A DNA stretch of 44,719 nt from Candidatus Bathyarchaeia archaeon. Lineage in GTDB: Bacteria; Chloroflexota; Limnocylindria; P2-11E. Each line of letters begins with the position of its first letter. The stretch's first letter is position 1. Positions 16,321 through 24,523 of this stretch are shown here, in pieces. The stretch spans positions 1 through 44,719 of the forward strand of contig DASPWX010000001.1 in the NCBI GenBank assembly GCA_035637615.1, given 5' to 3'. Position numbers and translations under genes: made by a program. The notes beneath the pieces were generated by a model that worked only from the letters and a program-made list of their open reading frames with translations, was not told the DNA's origin and ran no database searches.

Positions 16321-16650
16321 ATGGCACGGAAAGCCGGAGGCGGGATGACCGTCGCCGAAGCGGGACGAATGGGTGGCCGATTAGTTAGCGAGAAGTACGG
16401 TCCGGAGTTCTACGAGAAGATCGGCAAGAAAGGCGGATCGAGCACCGCCAACAAGTACGGACCGGAATTCTTCGGCCGCATCGGCAAGAAGGGCGGCCGC
16501 GCGGTGACCGCCAAGTACGGAGCCGGCCACTTCGAACGCATCGGCCGCAAGGGCGGTCAGAAGGTCGCCGACCTCATCGAGCGAGCCAAGACACTCGAGG
16601 CCGCACCCGAGGGAGAGAAACAGCCCGAAGAAGCGACGCCCGCCGAATAG
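16321..16650 (+). CDS. KGG-repeat stress-induced protein (YmdF/GsiB-like)
   Basis: AAGGAG lies upstream of ATG 16321. It has three KYGPEF(Y/F)..IGKKGG repeats. Confidence 0.8.
   Translation: MARKAGGGMTVAEAGRMGGRLVSEKYGPEFYEKIGKKGGSSTANKYGPEFFGRIGKKGGRAVTAKYGAGHFERIGRKGGQKVADLIERAKTLEAAPEGEKQPEEATPAE
16393..16560 (+). repeat. 60-bp tandem coding repeat (about 2.8 copies) inside the KGG gene
   Basis: AAGTACGG(T/A)CCGGA(G/A)TTC...ATCGGCAAGAA(A/G)GGCGG recurs with an exact 60-nt period (16393, 16453, 16513). Confidence 0.85.
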
Positions 16651-16680
16651 TCCGTTCGGCGACGGCGTACTTTTGGTCCC

Positions 16681-17880
16681 TTGATGGACCGGAGGGAGCT
16701 GGGAGCGGGGACGCGTGTCGTGCGTGCCGCCCGCTCGCTCCCCCCGGGCGAGGGTGAACCGGTCGTCCCCCCACTCGTCCAGAGCGTGGCATTCGATTAC
16801 GGATCGGCGGCCGAGCAGGACGCAGTGTTCGGCAATGAGCGACCCGGTTACGTGTACGGACGCTACGGCACGCCGACGACCGCCGCTCTCGAAAATGCTC
16901 TCGCCGATCTCGATGGTGTCGAGGCCGTCACGTGCTTCGTGACCGGGATGGCCGCGATCTCCGCGGCCGTCGACGCATGCGCGATCGCGCGCGGCGGGCG
17001 CGTGGTCGCACAGGAGGACTGCTACGGCCAGACGCGCGCGCTCTTCGAGCGCTGGGTCCGCGAGCGCTCGGCGGACATCGTCTTCGTGGACACGACCGAC
17101 CACCGTGCCGTCGAGGCCGCGCTTCGAGCGAAGCCGGCTGCGCTTCTCTACGCCGAAGCGATCGCCAATCCGCTCCTGAAAGTCAACGACGTGGCCGCGC
17201 TCGCACGGCTGGCGCGCGATAACGGCGCCAGCCTCGCGGTCGATGCGACCTTCGCGACACCTGTCCTTTTCCGCCCCGCTGCGCTCGGGGCCACGATGGT
17301 CATCCACTCGCTCACCAAATATCTGAACGGTCACGGCGACGTCATGGGCGGGTCCGTCGGTGGCTCGGCGGAGCTGGCCCGCGCGATGCGCGATCGCACG
17401 ATCCTCGATGGGGGGTACCTGCCCCCGCACGAAGCCTGGCTCGCGATCCGCGGCATGCGCACGGTCGCCCTCCGCGTCCGGCGCCAGTGCCAGAGCGCGC
17501 TTACCGTCGCTCGTCACTTGGCGAAGCACCCTAAGGTCGCGCGCGTCCGCTATCCAGGCCTGGCCGACCATCCGCAACACGAGCTCGCAACACGCCAGTT
17601 CGGCGGCCTGTACGGAGGCGTCGTGTCCTTCGCCCTCCGCGACGACACGAAACCCGCTGCCTTCCGATTCCTCGACGCCCTCGAGCTCGCCGCCTCCGCC
17701 ACGACGATCGGCGATCTCTTCACCGAGGTGCTCTACCCGCCCATCTCGTCGCACCGGCGCCTACCCGCCGAAGAGCGCAGCCGGCTCGGGATCACCGACG
17801 GTTTCCTGCGCATATCCGTAGGGATCGAGGACGAGGCAGACATCCTCGCCGATATCGACCGCGCCCTTGACCGCGTCTAA
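16681..17880 (+). CDS. Cys/Met-metabolism PLP-dependent enzyme (cystathionine gamma-synthase/lyase, O-acylhomoserine sulfhydrylase family)
   Basis: YGRYGTPTTAALENALADLDG, VDATFATP, and HSLTKYLNGHGDVMGG (PLP lysine). 399 aa. Confidence 0.85.
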   Translation: MMDRRELGAGTRVVRAARSLPPGEGEPVVPPLVQSVAFDYGSAAEQDAVFGNERPGYVYGRYGTPTTAALENALADLDGVEAVTCFVTGMAAISAAVDACAIARGGRVVAQEDCYGQTRALFERWVRERSADIVFVDTTDHRAVEAALRAKPAALLYAEAIANPLLKVNDVAALARLARDNGASLAVDATFATPVLFRPAALGATMVIHSLTKYLNGHGDVMGGSVGGSAELARAMRDRTILDGGYLPPHEAWLAIRGMRTVALRVRRQCQSALTVARHLAKHPKVARVRYPGLADHPQHELATRQFGGLYGGVVSFALRDDTKPAAFRFLDALELAASATTIGDLFTEVLYPPISSHRRLPAEERSRLGITDGFLRISVGIEDEADILADIDRALDRV

Positions 17881-19006
17881 GCCGCTACCCCGCGCCCTCG
17901 TCTTCAATTGCCACATCACCGGCCTGGCGGTGGCGCGTTCGCTCGCGGCGCACGGTATCGAGGTCATCGCGCTCGATCCCGATCCCCGGGGCCTCGGCCA
18001 GGCGTCGCGAGCCGTAGTGCAGCGTCACAAGTGCCCGAACCCCCTCGAGGACGAGCGCGGCTTCGTCCAGTACCTCCTGGACAACGCCAAGCGGTTCGGG
18101 GAGGGCGCTGTCTTGTTTCCGACGAACGACGAATGGGTCATGGCGGTCGCGCGCTATCGCTCGCAGCTCGAAGCCTGCTATCGCATCCCGTTCGCTGAGC
18201 TCTCGGTGATCGACGCCGTCCTCGATAAGCGCCGGCTCTACGCGGACGCGCACCACCTCCGCATTCCCATCCCGAAGACGTACACGCTGAACGATCCGAA
18301 GGCGACCGCGCGAGAGATCCGCTACCCGGCGATCGTCAAGCCGGCGGAGCAGCGTCGTTTCTACGACCGCTTCGGGGTCAAGGTCTTCCGCGCCGAGAAC
18401 GCCGCGGAGCTCGTGCGCTTCGCGCGCGAGGCGGCCGACCTCGCGTGCGTCGCCCAGGAGATCGTCGACGTGCCGGCCGGCGGCTTCTACTCGTTCTGCT
18501 CGTACGTCGCGCCCGACGGAGAGGTCCGCGGCGCATTCGTCGGGCGGAAGCTCGAGCAATATCCAGAGGGATTTGGCACCGGATGCCTCGTCATCGGCGA
18601 GCAGGTTTCGGAGATCGTCGAGCGCGGAAGCGCGATCCTCAAAGCGTTCGGCTACCACGGCATCAGCGAGGTCGAGTTCATCTGGGATCCCACGCGCAAG
18701 GAGCATCTCCTGCTCGACGTCAATCCTCGCGTCTGGAAGTGGATAGGCCTGCCGATCGCGAGCGGCGTCGATCTGCCGTGGCTCGCGTACAGCGAGGCGA
18801 TCGGCCAGCCGGCGCGGGCCGACGAACCGCGCGACGGGATGCGCTGGATCTACGAGCGTGATTACGCCTTACTCGCCCAGTCCCGACCGCTCTATCCGGC
18901 GACCGGCGAGGTTGTGAACGCGGTGTGGGACCCCGACGATCCGGGTCCCTTCGCGCAGCTGATCCTGAATGAAGGACCCGGTGGGAAGTACTACTGCGCC
19001 TGTTAG
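17867..19006 (+). CDS. ATP-grasp domain protein (carboxylate-amine ligase-like, COG3919-type)
   Basis: YPAIVKPAEQ, CVAQEIVD, GISEVEFIWDPTRKEHLLLDVNPRVW (E-x-N Mg site). It overlaps the PLP gene by 14 nt. Confidence 0.75.
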   Translation: MTASKPLPRALVFNCHITGLAVARSLAAHGIEVIALDPDPRGLGQASRAVVQRHKCPNPLEDERGFVQYLLDNAKRFGEGAVLFPTNDEWVMAVARYRSQLEACYRIPFAELSVIDAVLDKRRLYADAHHLRIPIPKTYTLNDPKATAREIRYPAIVKPAEQRRFYDRFGVKVFRAENAAELVRFAREAADLACVAQEIVDVPAGGFYSFCSYVAPDGEVRGAFVGRKLEQYPEGFGTGCLVIGEQVSEIVERGSAILKAFGYHGISEVEFIWDPTRKEHLLLDVNPRVWKWIGLPIASGVDLPWLAYSEAIGQPARADEPRDGMRWIYERDYALLAQSRPLYPATGEVVNAVWDPDDPGPFAQLILNEGPGGKYYCAC

Positions 19007-19041
19007 CGAAGCCACAGGCACGGCTCCGTCTGCCGAAGGCC

Positions 19042-19506
19042 GTGACGCTGACCGTGCGTGCTAGCGGAGGAGCCGGTGGAGCCATATGGGTACGCATCGC
19101 CGCAGCCAGACTTCTTGAGCTCGTGCTCGGGCTTGTTGTGCTCTATTTCTCCCTCCCGATGTTCTCGAGTGCCGGTCTCGGGCAACCGAACGTGGGCGTG
19201 TGGCTGGGCCTCGTCTGCATCGGCCTGCTCACGGCGAGCGCCTCGCGCGCCGAGGGGCATCTCTTCGCGGGGCTATGGCTCGCGGTTCTGGCCTTCGCGC
19301 TGCCGGTCATGCTGTTTTCGATGGCCGCCCTCGGCGCGCCGCCATGCCCGCCCAACCATCCGCCGATCACAAACACCTATTACTGCGTCTTCCCCGGTTA
19401 CCCGGCCCTGCTCGCGTTCGCGCTGGCCTTGATCGCAGCCGCCTTTGTTTTGGCAGTGTTCGACTTCCGCGCATTGCTCGCGCGTGCCGGTCGCGCGGCG
19501 AACTGA
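19042..19506 (+). CDS. hypothetical 4-TM membrane protein
   Basis: Hydrophobic segments plus the loop GAPPCPPNHPPITNTYYCVFPGYP. No recognisable family. Confidence 0.5.
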   Translation: MTLTVRASGGAGGAIWVRIAAARLLELVLGLVVLYFSLPMFSSAGLGQPNVGVWLGLVCIGLLTASASRAEGHLFAGLWLAVLAFALPVMLFSMAALGAPPCPPNHPPITNTYYCVFPGYPALLAFALALIAAAFVLAVFDFRALLARAGRAAN

Positions 19507-19521
19507 GCCATCATTCCCACG

Positions 19522-20553
19522 ATGCGCTTCGGATTTTGGATGCCGGTCTTCGGCGGATGGCTGCGGAACGTCGAAGACGAAGGGATGCCCGCGACGTTCG
19601 CGTACCAGCGCGAGCTCGCGCAGCAGGCCGATCGCACCGGCTGGGACGTCACGCTCGTCGCCGAGCTGAACCTGAACGACATCAAGGGCCCGGAGGCTGA
19701 CTGCCTCGAGGCCTGGACGACCGCCGCGGCGCTCGCGCCGCTCACCGAGCGGCTCGAGCTCATGGCCGCGGTCCGGCCGAACTTCCGCCTTCCCGCGCTA
19801 GTCGCGAAGGAAGCCGCGACGATCGATCGGATCTCGAACGGCCGCTTCACTCTGAACGTCGTGAGCGCCTGGTGGCAGGCCGAAAGCGACCAATACGGCG
19901 GCGCATGGGTGCAGCACGATGAGCGCTATGCCCGCACCGAAGAATTTCTGGCCGTCCTCAAGGGGATGTGGACCAAAGATGAGTACACGCTCGAGGGCCG
20001 CTACTACACGATCAAAAACGCGCGACTCGCGCCGAAGCCGGTGCAGAAGCCGTGGCCTGTCCTCTACGCGGGAGGCGAGTCACCGGCGGCGAAGGAGCTC
20101 ATCGCGCGCGAGTGCGACGCATATCTCATGCACGGCGATCCGCCCGAGGCGCTCGCCGCGAAGATCGAGGACATGCGCGCGCGTCGCGCGAAGCACCCGG
20201 AGCTGCCGCCACTGCGGTTCGGCGTGGCCGGATACGCGATCGTTCGCGACAGCGATGCCGAGGTGAAGAAGGAGGTCGCTCGCATCACCGACGTGCGTGC
20301 GAGCGCCCGCGGGTACGCGAGCTACCAGGAATTCATCAAAGGGTCGCAGCTCGACACGAAGGTGTCGCTCGAGGACTACAGCGTCTCCAACCGTGGCCTG
20401 CGCACAGGTCTCGTTGGCACGCCGGAGCAGGTGGCGGAGCAGGTACGCGCATTGGCGCGTATCGGCATCGATTTGCTGCTATTGCAGTCGAGCCCGCAGC
20501 GTGAAGAGATGCAGCGCTTCTCCGAGGAGGTGTTCCCGCTTGTGCGGGTTTAG
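19522..20553 (+). CDS. LLM-class flavin-dependent monooxygenase (SsuD/SfnG-like)
   Basis: MRFGFWMPVFGGW..., ISNGRFTLNVVSAWW, YAGGESPAAKELIARECDAYLMHG. 343 aa. Confidence 0.8.
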   Translation: MRFGFWMPVFGGWLRNVEDEGMPATFAYQRELAQQADRTGWDVTLVAELNLNDIKGPEADCLEAWTTAAALAPLTERLELMAAVRPNFRLPALVAKEAATIDRISNGRFTLNVVSAWWQAESDQYGGAWVQHDERYARTEEFLAVLKGMWTKDEYTLEGRYYTIKNARLAPKPVQKPWPVLYAGGESPAAKELIARECDAYLMHGDPPEALAAKIEDMRARRAKHPELPPLRFGVAGYAIVRDSDAEVKKEVARITDVRASARGYASYQEFIKGSQLDTKVSLEDYSVSNRGLRTGLVGTPEQVAEQVRALARIGIDLLLLQSSPQREEMQRFSEEVFPLVRV

Positions 20554-20595
20554 CATTTCGCCCGGCCGTCTTGGGCCGCACTGGGGAGGACGTTT

Positions 20596-21552
20596 ATGCG
20601 CCGCTGGTTGATCCCTGTTGTTGCGCTCGTCACGCTTCTCGCTGCGCAGCCGGCATTTGCCGCGCAACCCGCGCAGGGCGTCGTGCGAGACCTCGCCGAC
20701 GCGAACAACGCCCGGTGTCACAACCCCGAAGGAATCACCGCCTCTCCGAACGGTTTGCTCTATGCGGCGGGACTGTCCGGAAACATCTGCATCTACACGC
20801 TCGACGGACGCGAGGTGGGCCACCTGACGGTCGCGCCGAACCACGCGCTCCTTGGTGAGCTGTACACGCCCGAGGGCATCTACGTCGCCGACAACAACCC
20901 CGGATTCAGCGGTGGTCGTCTTATCAGGGTCGATCCCGGCACCGGTGCCTTCGTCGTACTTGCGGACGGGTTCGGGGCCCCGAACGCGATCGCTCAGAAC
21001 CACCGCGGGACGCTCTTTGTATCGGACTCGTTCGCAGGCGCGATCTTTACGGTCAGCCCGAGCGGCGGCGGCAAGACGCTTTGGAAGGCCGACGTGCTAC
21101 TCCAGCCACACGGCAATCCGCCTTTCGGCGCGAACGGGGTCGCCTTCGACCGCACCCAGGGCTTCCTCTACGTCGCCAACACCGCCGACGATCGGATTCT
21201 CCGTATCGCCGTAAATAAGGATGGGAGCGCAGGCGCGATCTCGATCTTCGCCGACGGCGCGACTCTCGGACCAGGCGCGCTCGACGGCGCGGATGGGATC
21301 CAGTTCGACGTGAGGGGGAACCTCTACGTCTGCGCGAACCAGGCGAACGAGATCCAGGTGCTCTCGCCGAGCGGCGGGCTGATCGCGCGCTACGGGCACA
21401 ACGCCGGCGACGATCCGCTCGACTTCCCCGCAAGCCCGATCTTCCACGAACGTGGTCTCTACATCGCCAATCTCGCACTCGGGACCGCGCCCAATGGAGG
21501 GAAAATCTCTGTGCTCGGGGTTGCTGTGCCCGGAGCGCCCGCCGCGCACTAG
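20596..21552 (+). CDS. secreted SMP-30/gluconolactonase/LRE (strictosidine-synthase-like) beta-propeller protein
   Basis: Signal peptide ...LLAAQPAFAAQP. Repeated blades: PEGITASPNGLLYAA, PNAIAQNHRGTLFVSD, ANGVAFDRTQGFLYVAN, ADGIQFDVRGNLYVC. Confidence 0.7.
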   Translation: MRRWLIPVVALVTLLAAQPAFAAQPAQGVVRDLADANNARCHNPEGITASPNGLLYAAGLSGNICIYTLDGREVGHLTVAPNHALLGELYTPEGIYVADNNPGFSGGRLIRVDPGTGAFVVLADGFGAPNAIAQNHRGTLFVSDSFAGAIFTVSPSGGGKTLWKADVLLQPHGNPPFGANGVAFDRTQGFLYVANTADDRILRIAVNKDGSAGAISIFADGATLGPGALDGADGIQFDVRGNLYVCANQANEIQVLSPSGGLIARYGHNAGDDPLDFPASPIFHERGLYIANLALGTAPNGGKISVLGVAVPGAPAAH

Positions 21553-21560
21553 AGCGAGTC

Positions 21561-21651
21561 GCGCGGGCCGACCGAGGGCCCCCGCGCGATGGGGCACCGG
21601 CCGAAGGCCGGGGGTCCCTGTCGCGTACAGAGGGTTTCGGTCGGCCCGCGC
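21561..21651. repeat. long imperfect hairpin closed by a perfect 15-bp inverted repeat
   Basis: GCGCGGGCCGACCGA (21561-21575) and TCGGTCGGCCCGCGC (21637-21651) are exact reverse complements. Inner pairs are CGCGA/TCGCG and CCGGCC-GAA-GGCCGG. It lies between convergent genes. Confidence 0.7.
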
Positions 21652-21729
21652 AGAAATCCGTCGTGGGGCCGTTCGCTCAGAAGACCCCGGGCTGCACCTG
21701 TCGGCGACCTCGCCGCTTCGTTTTCTGCG

Positions 21730-23553
21730 TTAGCGCTCGCGGCGCAGGTAGTCGAGGATCTCGGCCATGACACGGCAGTCGACTTCGTTGTAGCGGCCGA
21801 TCTCGTGCATGACTGGCGATTCCGTTAAGGGTCTTCCGCGAGCGCGCGACTCCGCCGCCGCCGACCAGGCGCCGGCCATCGCGCCGGCGCCATCGGCGAG
21901 ACCTTCGCCCCAATGCGTTTCGATCAACCCGTGCGTGTGCATCGCGCGTGCGATCGACTTCAGACCGAAGGAGAACGCGCCTTTGACCACGATCGGCTGC
22001 GCGCGGAACACGCGCCCGAGCAGGTCGTACCAAGCGAGAGGTGGCCAGCTGCGGTCGGGGTGACGCGAGCGGGCTGATTCGTACGCACGCTCGAAGTTCG
22101 ATTCCTCCGCGAGCGACCAATGCACGAGGCGCACGTCGCTCGCCGACGCGCATCCGGCGTCGCGCGCGACCTCCGCCAGATGCGCGAGCCAGTCATCGAT
22201 CATCCGAGCCTCGGCCTCCACGCCGAGATCGTCGACCGTGAACTGACGGAAAGACCAGCGGCGATCGCGGTAGGTCCCAGAGCCGATCTGAAAGATGAGC
22301 GCCTGCCCGCCCTTTTGCGGGAACGTGCTGAAGTCGTCGTCCATGTCGTGGACGAACTCGAAGTCGACGAACGCCTCGGCCTGCGGCGGCACACGCCACC
22401 TTTCCTCGTCCGCGTTCACTCGGTCGGGGCGCAACACCTGGCCGGTGTCCCGGTTCACCGCGACGACCGCGTCCAGCGTGAGCCCGTGCTGCCCGTCGAG
22501 GCCGAGGAGGCTCGCGGACGTGCGCGCATCGTCCCAACGCGTCACGCCAATCGCATGCGCCGCGGCGCGGAGCTCGATATTCACGCGCGGAAGGATCGTG
22601 AGCTCGCCGAGCTTCGCCGCGATCTCAGCCTTTGCGCTGTGCCAGGGGAAATCGCTGCTCGCTTTCATGTTCGGCCAGAGCTCGGGGACCGATGGGATCG
22701 GGAGGACGCGCCACTCGGCGCCCTCTGTACGCAGGCGCCGCACCCAGGCGATCGCGCGGGCGACAACGGCGCCGAGGTCTTCGTCTTGGGAACGGACGAA
22801 GGCCTCGCGGGGGACGCGAGCGAGCTTCTCCCAGCATCGATCGCCGCGACTCGCGCCCTGTCGCCACGCGCGGCCAGCGACGTATGCCGCGGGCGGAGTG
22901 AAACCCTGAATCCGGCCGAGCGCTTCGTTGTAGATCCAGGCCTGGGTCATGACGGGGAGCGAGTCCGCGCCGAGGCCGCCATCCTTCAGGAGGTGGAGCG
23001 TCGAGAACTTGATGTCGACGATCCGGTAGTGACGGCCGTGCCGCATCGCGGCGACGGGAAGCTCGAGCTGGTCTCCGATGAACGCGCCGGGGCAGAGCTC
23101 GGCGAGGACATCCGACCGCACGAGAAGATCGGCCACCCCATAGGTCCGCCGCTCGGGATCGCGCAGCACGCCCGACGCGATCAGCGGCGCTCCGTTCTTC
23201 ATCGCGTCCCACGTCGCCTCGGCCGCCGCGAGCGACCGGGCCTCGTCCGGTCGCGTCGCGACCCGCGTTACCGGCCATCGCTGCTGCAGGTCGACGAGCA
23301 CGGCCTGCTCGAAACGCCGGCCCTGCTCCATCAGGAACCGCGGCAGATCGAAGACCCGGTTGTAGCCGGGCAGCTGGTCGTCGCGACGGAAGCCGTGCTG
23401 CTCCCCGTACTCAGACAGCCAGTCGACGAGCAGGTCGTCACGGCACCAGTTGCGGATATCACCGGCGGCGACCCAGCCCAGCCAGTCGGAGTCCGTCCGC
23501 GGGTCGACGAGCGCTCCATCGTCGCGCTGTGTGATCGCGGCCCGGCCGATCAT
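21730..23553 (-). CDS. TM0106-type putative nuclease: N-terminal RecB/Cas4-like PD-(D/E)xK domain + C-terminal RNase-H-fold DEDDy 3'-5' exonuclease domain
   Basis: GVADLLV...YRIVDIKFS...TQAWIYNEAL (D, D-x-K and Q-x-x-x-Y motifs). C-terminal AFVDFEF (Exo I D-x-E) ... YNEVDCRVM (Y-x3-D). 607 aa. Confidence 0.7.
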   Translation of the reverse strand: MIGRAAITQRDDGALVDPRTDSDWLGWVAAGDIRNWCRDDLLVDWLSEYGEQHGFRRDDQLPGYNRVFDLPRFLMEQGRRFEQAVLVDLQQRWPVTRVATRPDEARSLAAAEATWDAMKNGAPLIASGVLRDPERRTYGVADLLVRSDVLAELCPGAFIGDQLELPVAAMRHGRHYRIVDIKFSTLHLLKDGGLGADSLPVMTQAWIYNEALGRIQGFTPPAAYVAGRAWRQGASRGDRCWEKLARVPREAFVRSQDEDLGAVVARAIAWVRRLRTEGAEWRVLPIPSVPELWPNMKASSDFPWHSAKAEIAAKLGELTILPRVNIELRAAAHAIGVTRWDDARTSASLLGLDGQHGLTLDAVVAVNRDTGQVLRPDRVNADEERWRVPPQAEAFVDFEFVHDMDDDFSTFPQKGGQALIFQIGSGTYRDRRWSFRQFTVDDLGVEAEARMIDDWLAHLAEVARDAGCASASDVRLVHWSLAEESNFERAYESARSRHPDRSWPPLAWYDLLGRVFRAQPIVVKGAFSFGLKSIARAMHTHGLIETHWGEGLADGAGAMAGAWSAAAESRARGRPLTESPVMHEIGRYNEVDCRVMAEILDYLRRER

Positions 23554-24167
23554 CCAGACGAGATTCCCACCGTTTCGAGTAGACCGCGAAAGTCGGGCTC
23601 CTCCCGGAGCGCCGTGCCGTCCGTTGGGGCCGGCGCGCCACCGCGATTGGCCCAGTAGACGTCCATTCCGACCCGTGCCGCACCTCCGACGTCGTGAGCC
23701 GAGCCGGCCACGAAGAGCACCTCGGCGGGATCGAGGGCAAGGCGCTCAAGTGCCATCCGATATGGAAGCGGATCGGGCTTGTATGCGCCGGCCTCCTCAG
23801 CCGTGACGACGAGCTCGAAGCGTCCGGCGCGGAACGCGGCGAGGCGGCCAAGCTTTCGGGAGCAGTTCGTCACGACGAACCTCCTCGTGCCCTCCAATCG
23901 TTCGAGCACAGGCGGGACGTCCGGCCAGGGTTCAAATTCGCCCCACCGCCGTAGAAGCTCGCTCACGCGCTTGGCGTCCAGGCCGACCTCACCCGCGCTC
24001 TCGCGGACGATGTCCTCGAAAGGCCGGTAGCGCTTTCCGCGGAGAAGCACCTGCGACGCCGCGTGCCATCGCAACCCGAGCGCACGATCCCGCGCCACTG
24101 CGGACCAGAGCGTCCAGGTGTCCAGAAGCGCGGTCAGGAGGTCGAAGCCGACCGCCGCGTAGGCCAT
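23550..24167 (-). CDS. HAD superfamily hydrolase (2-haloacid dehalogenase-like subfamily)
   Basis: GFDLLTALLD (motif I), VVTNCS (II), AYKPDPLPY (III), FVAGSAHDVGGA (IV). ATGA overlap with the downstream nuclease gene. Confidence 0.75.
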   Translation of the reverse strand: MAYAAVGFDLLTALLDTWTLWSAVARDRALGLRWHAASQVLLRGKRYRPFEDIVRESAGEVGLDAKRVSELLRRWGEFEPWPDVPPVLERLEGTRRFVVTNCSRKLGRLAAFRAGRFELVVTAEEAGAYKPDPLPYRMALERLALDPAEVLFVAGSAHDVGGAARVGMDVYWANRGGAPAPTDGTALREEPDFRGLLETVGISSG

Positions 24168-24223
24168 CCAATTAGCCTATCGGCGCACGAGACCCGGGGC
24201 GTAGATAAAGGGGGAGGCGGGCT

Positions 24224-24517
24224 ATGGCGCGCTACATCACGCTCATCAGCTTCACCGAGCAGGGCATCAAGACCATCAAGGATTGGGACAAGCGGATGGC
24301 GGCGACACGAGAGCGACTCGATCGCGCGGGCGGCAAGCTCATCGATGTGTACCTCACGCTTGGCGAGTACGACGCGGTCGCGATCACCGAAGCACCGAAT
24401 GATGAGGTCGCGCTGCGTGGTGCGATCGAGTACGGGATGGCAGGCAACGGGCGGAGCCGAACGATGCGCGCGTTCACAGCGGACGAGACCGTCCGAATCG
24501 TGAAACAGCTCGGCTAA
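24224..24517 (+). CDS. GYD domain protein
   Basis: MARYITLISFTEQGIKTIKD...TLGEYDAVAITEAPNDE is the characteristic GYD-family pattern. 97 aa. Confidence 0.8.
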   Translation: MARYITLISFTEQGIKTIKDWDKRMAATRERLDRAGGKLIDVYLTLGEYDAVAITEAPNDEVALRGAIEYGMAGNGRSRTMRAFTADETVRIVKQLG

Positions 24518-24523
24518 CGCGTC

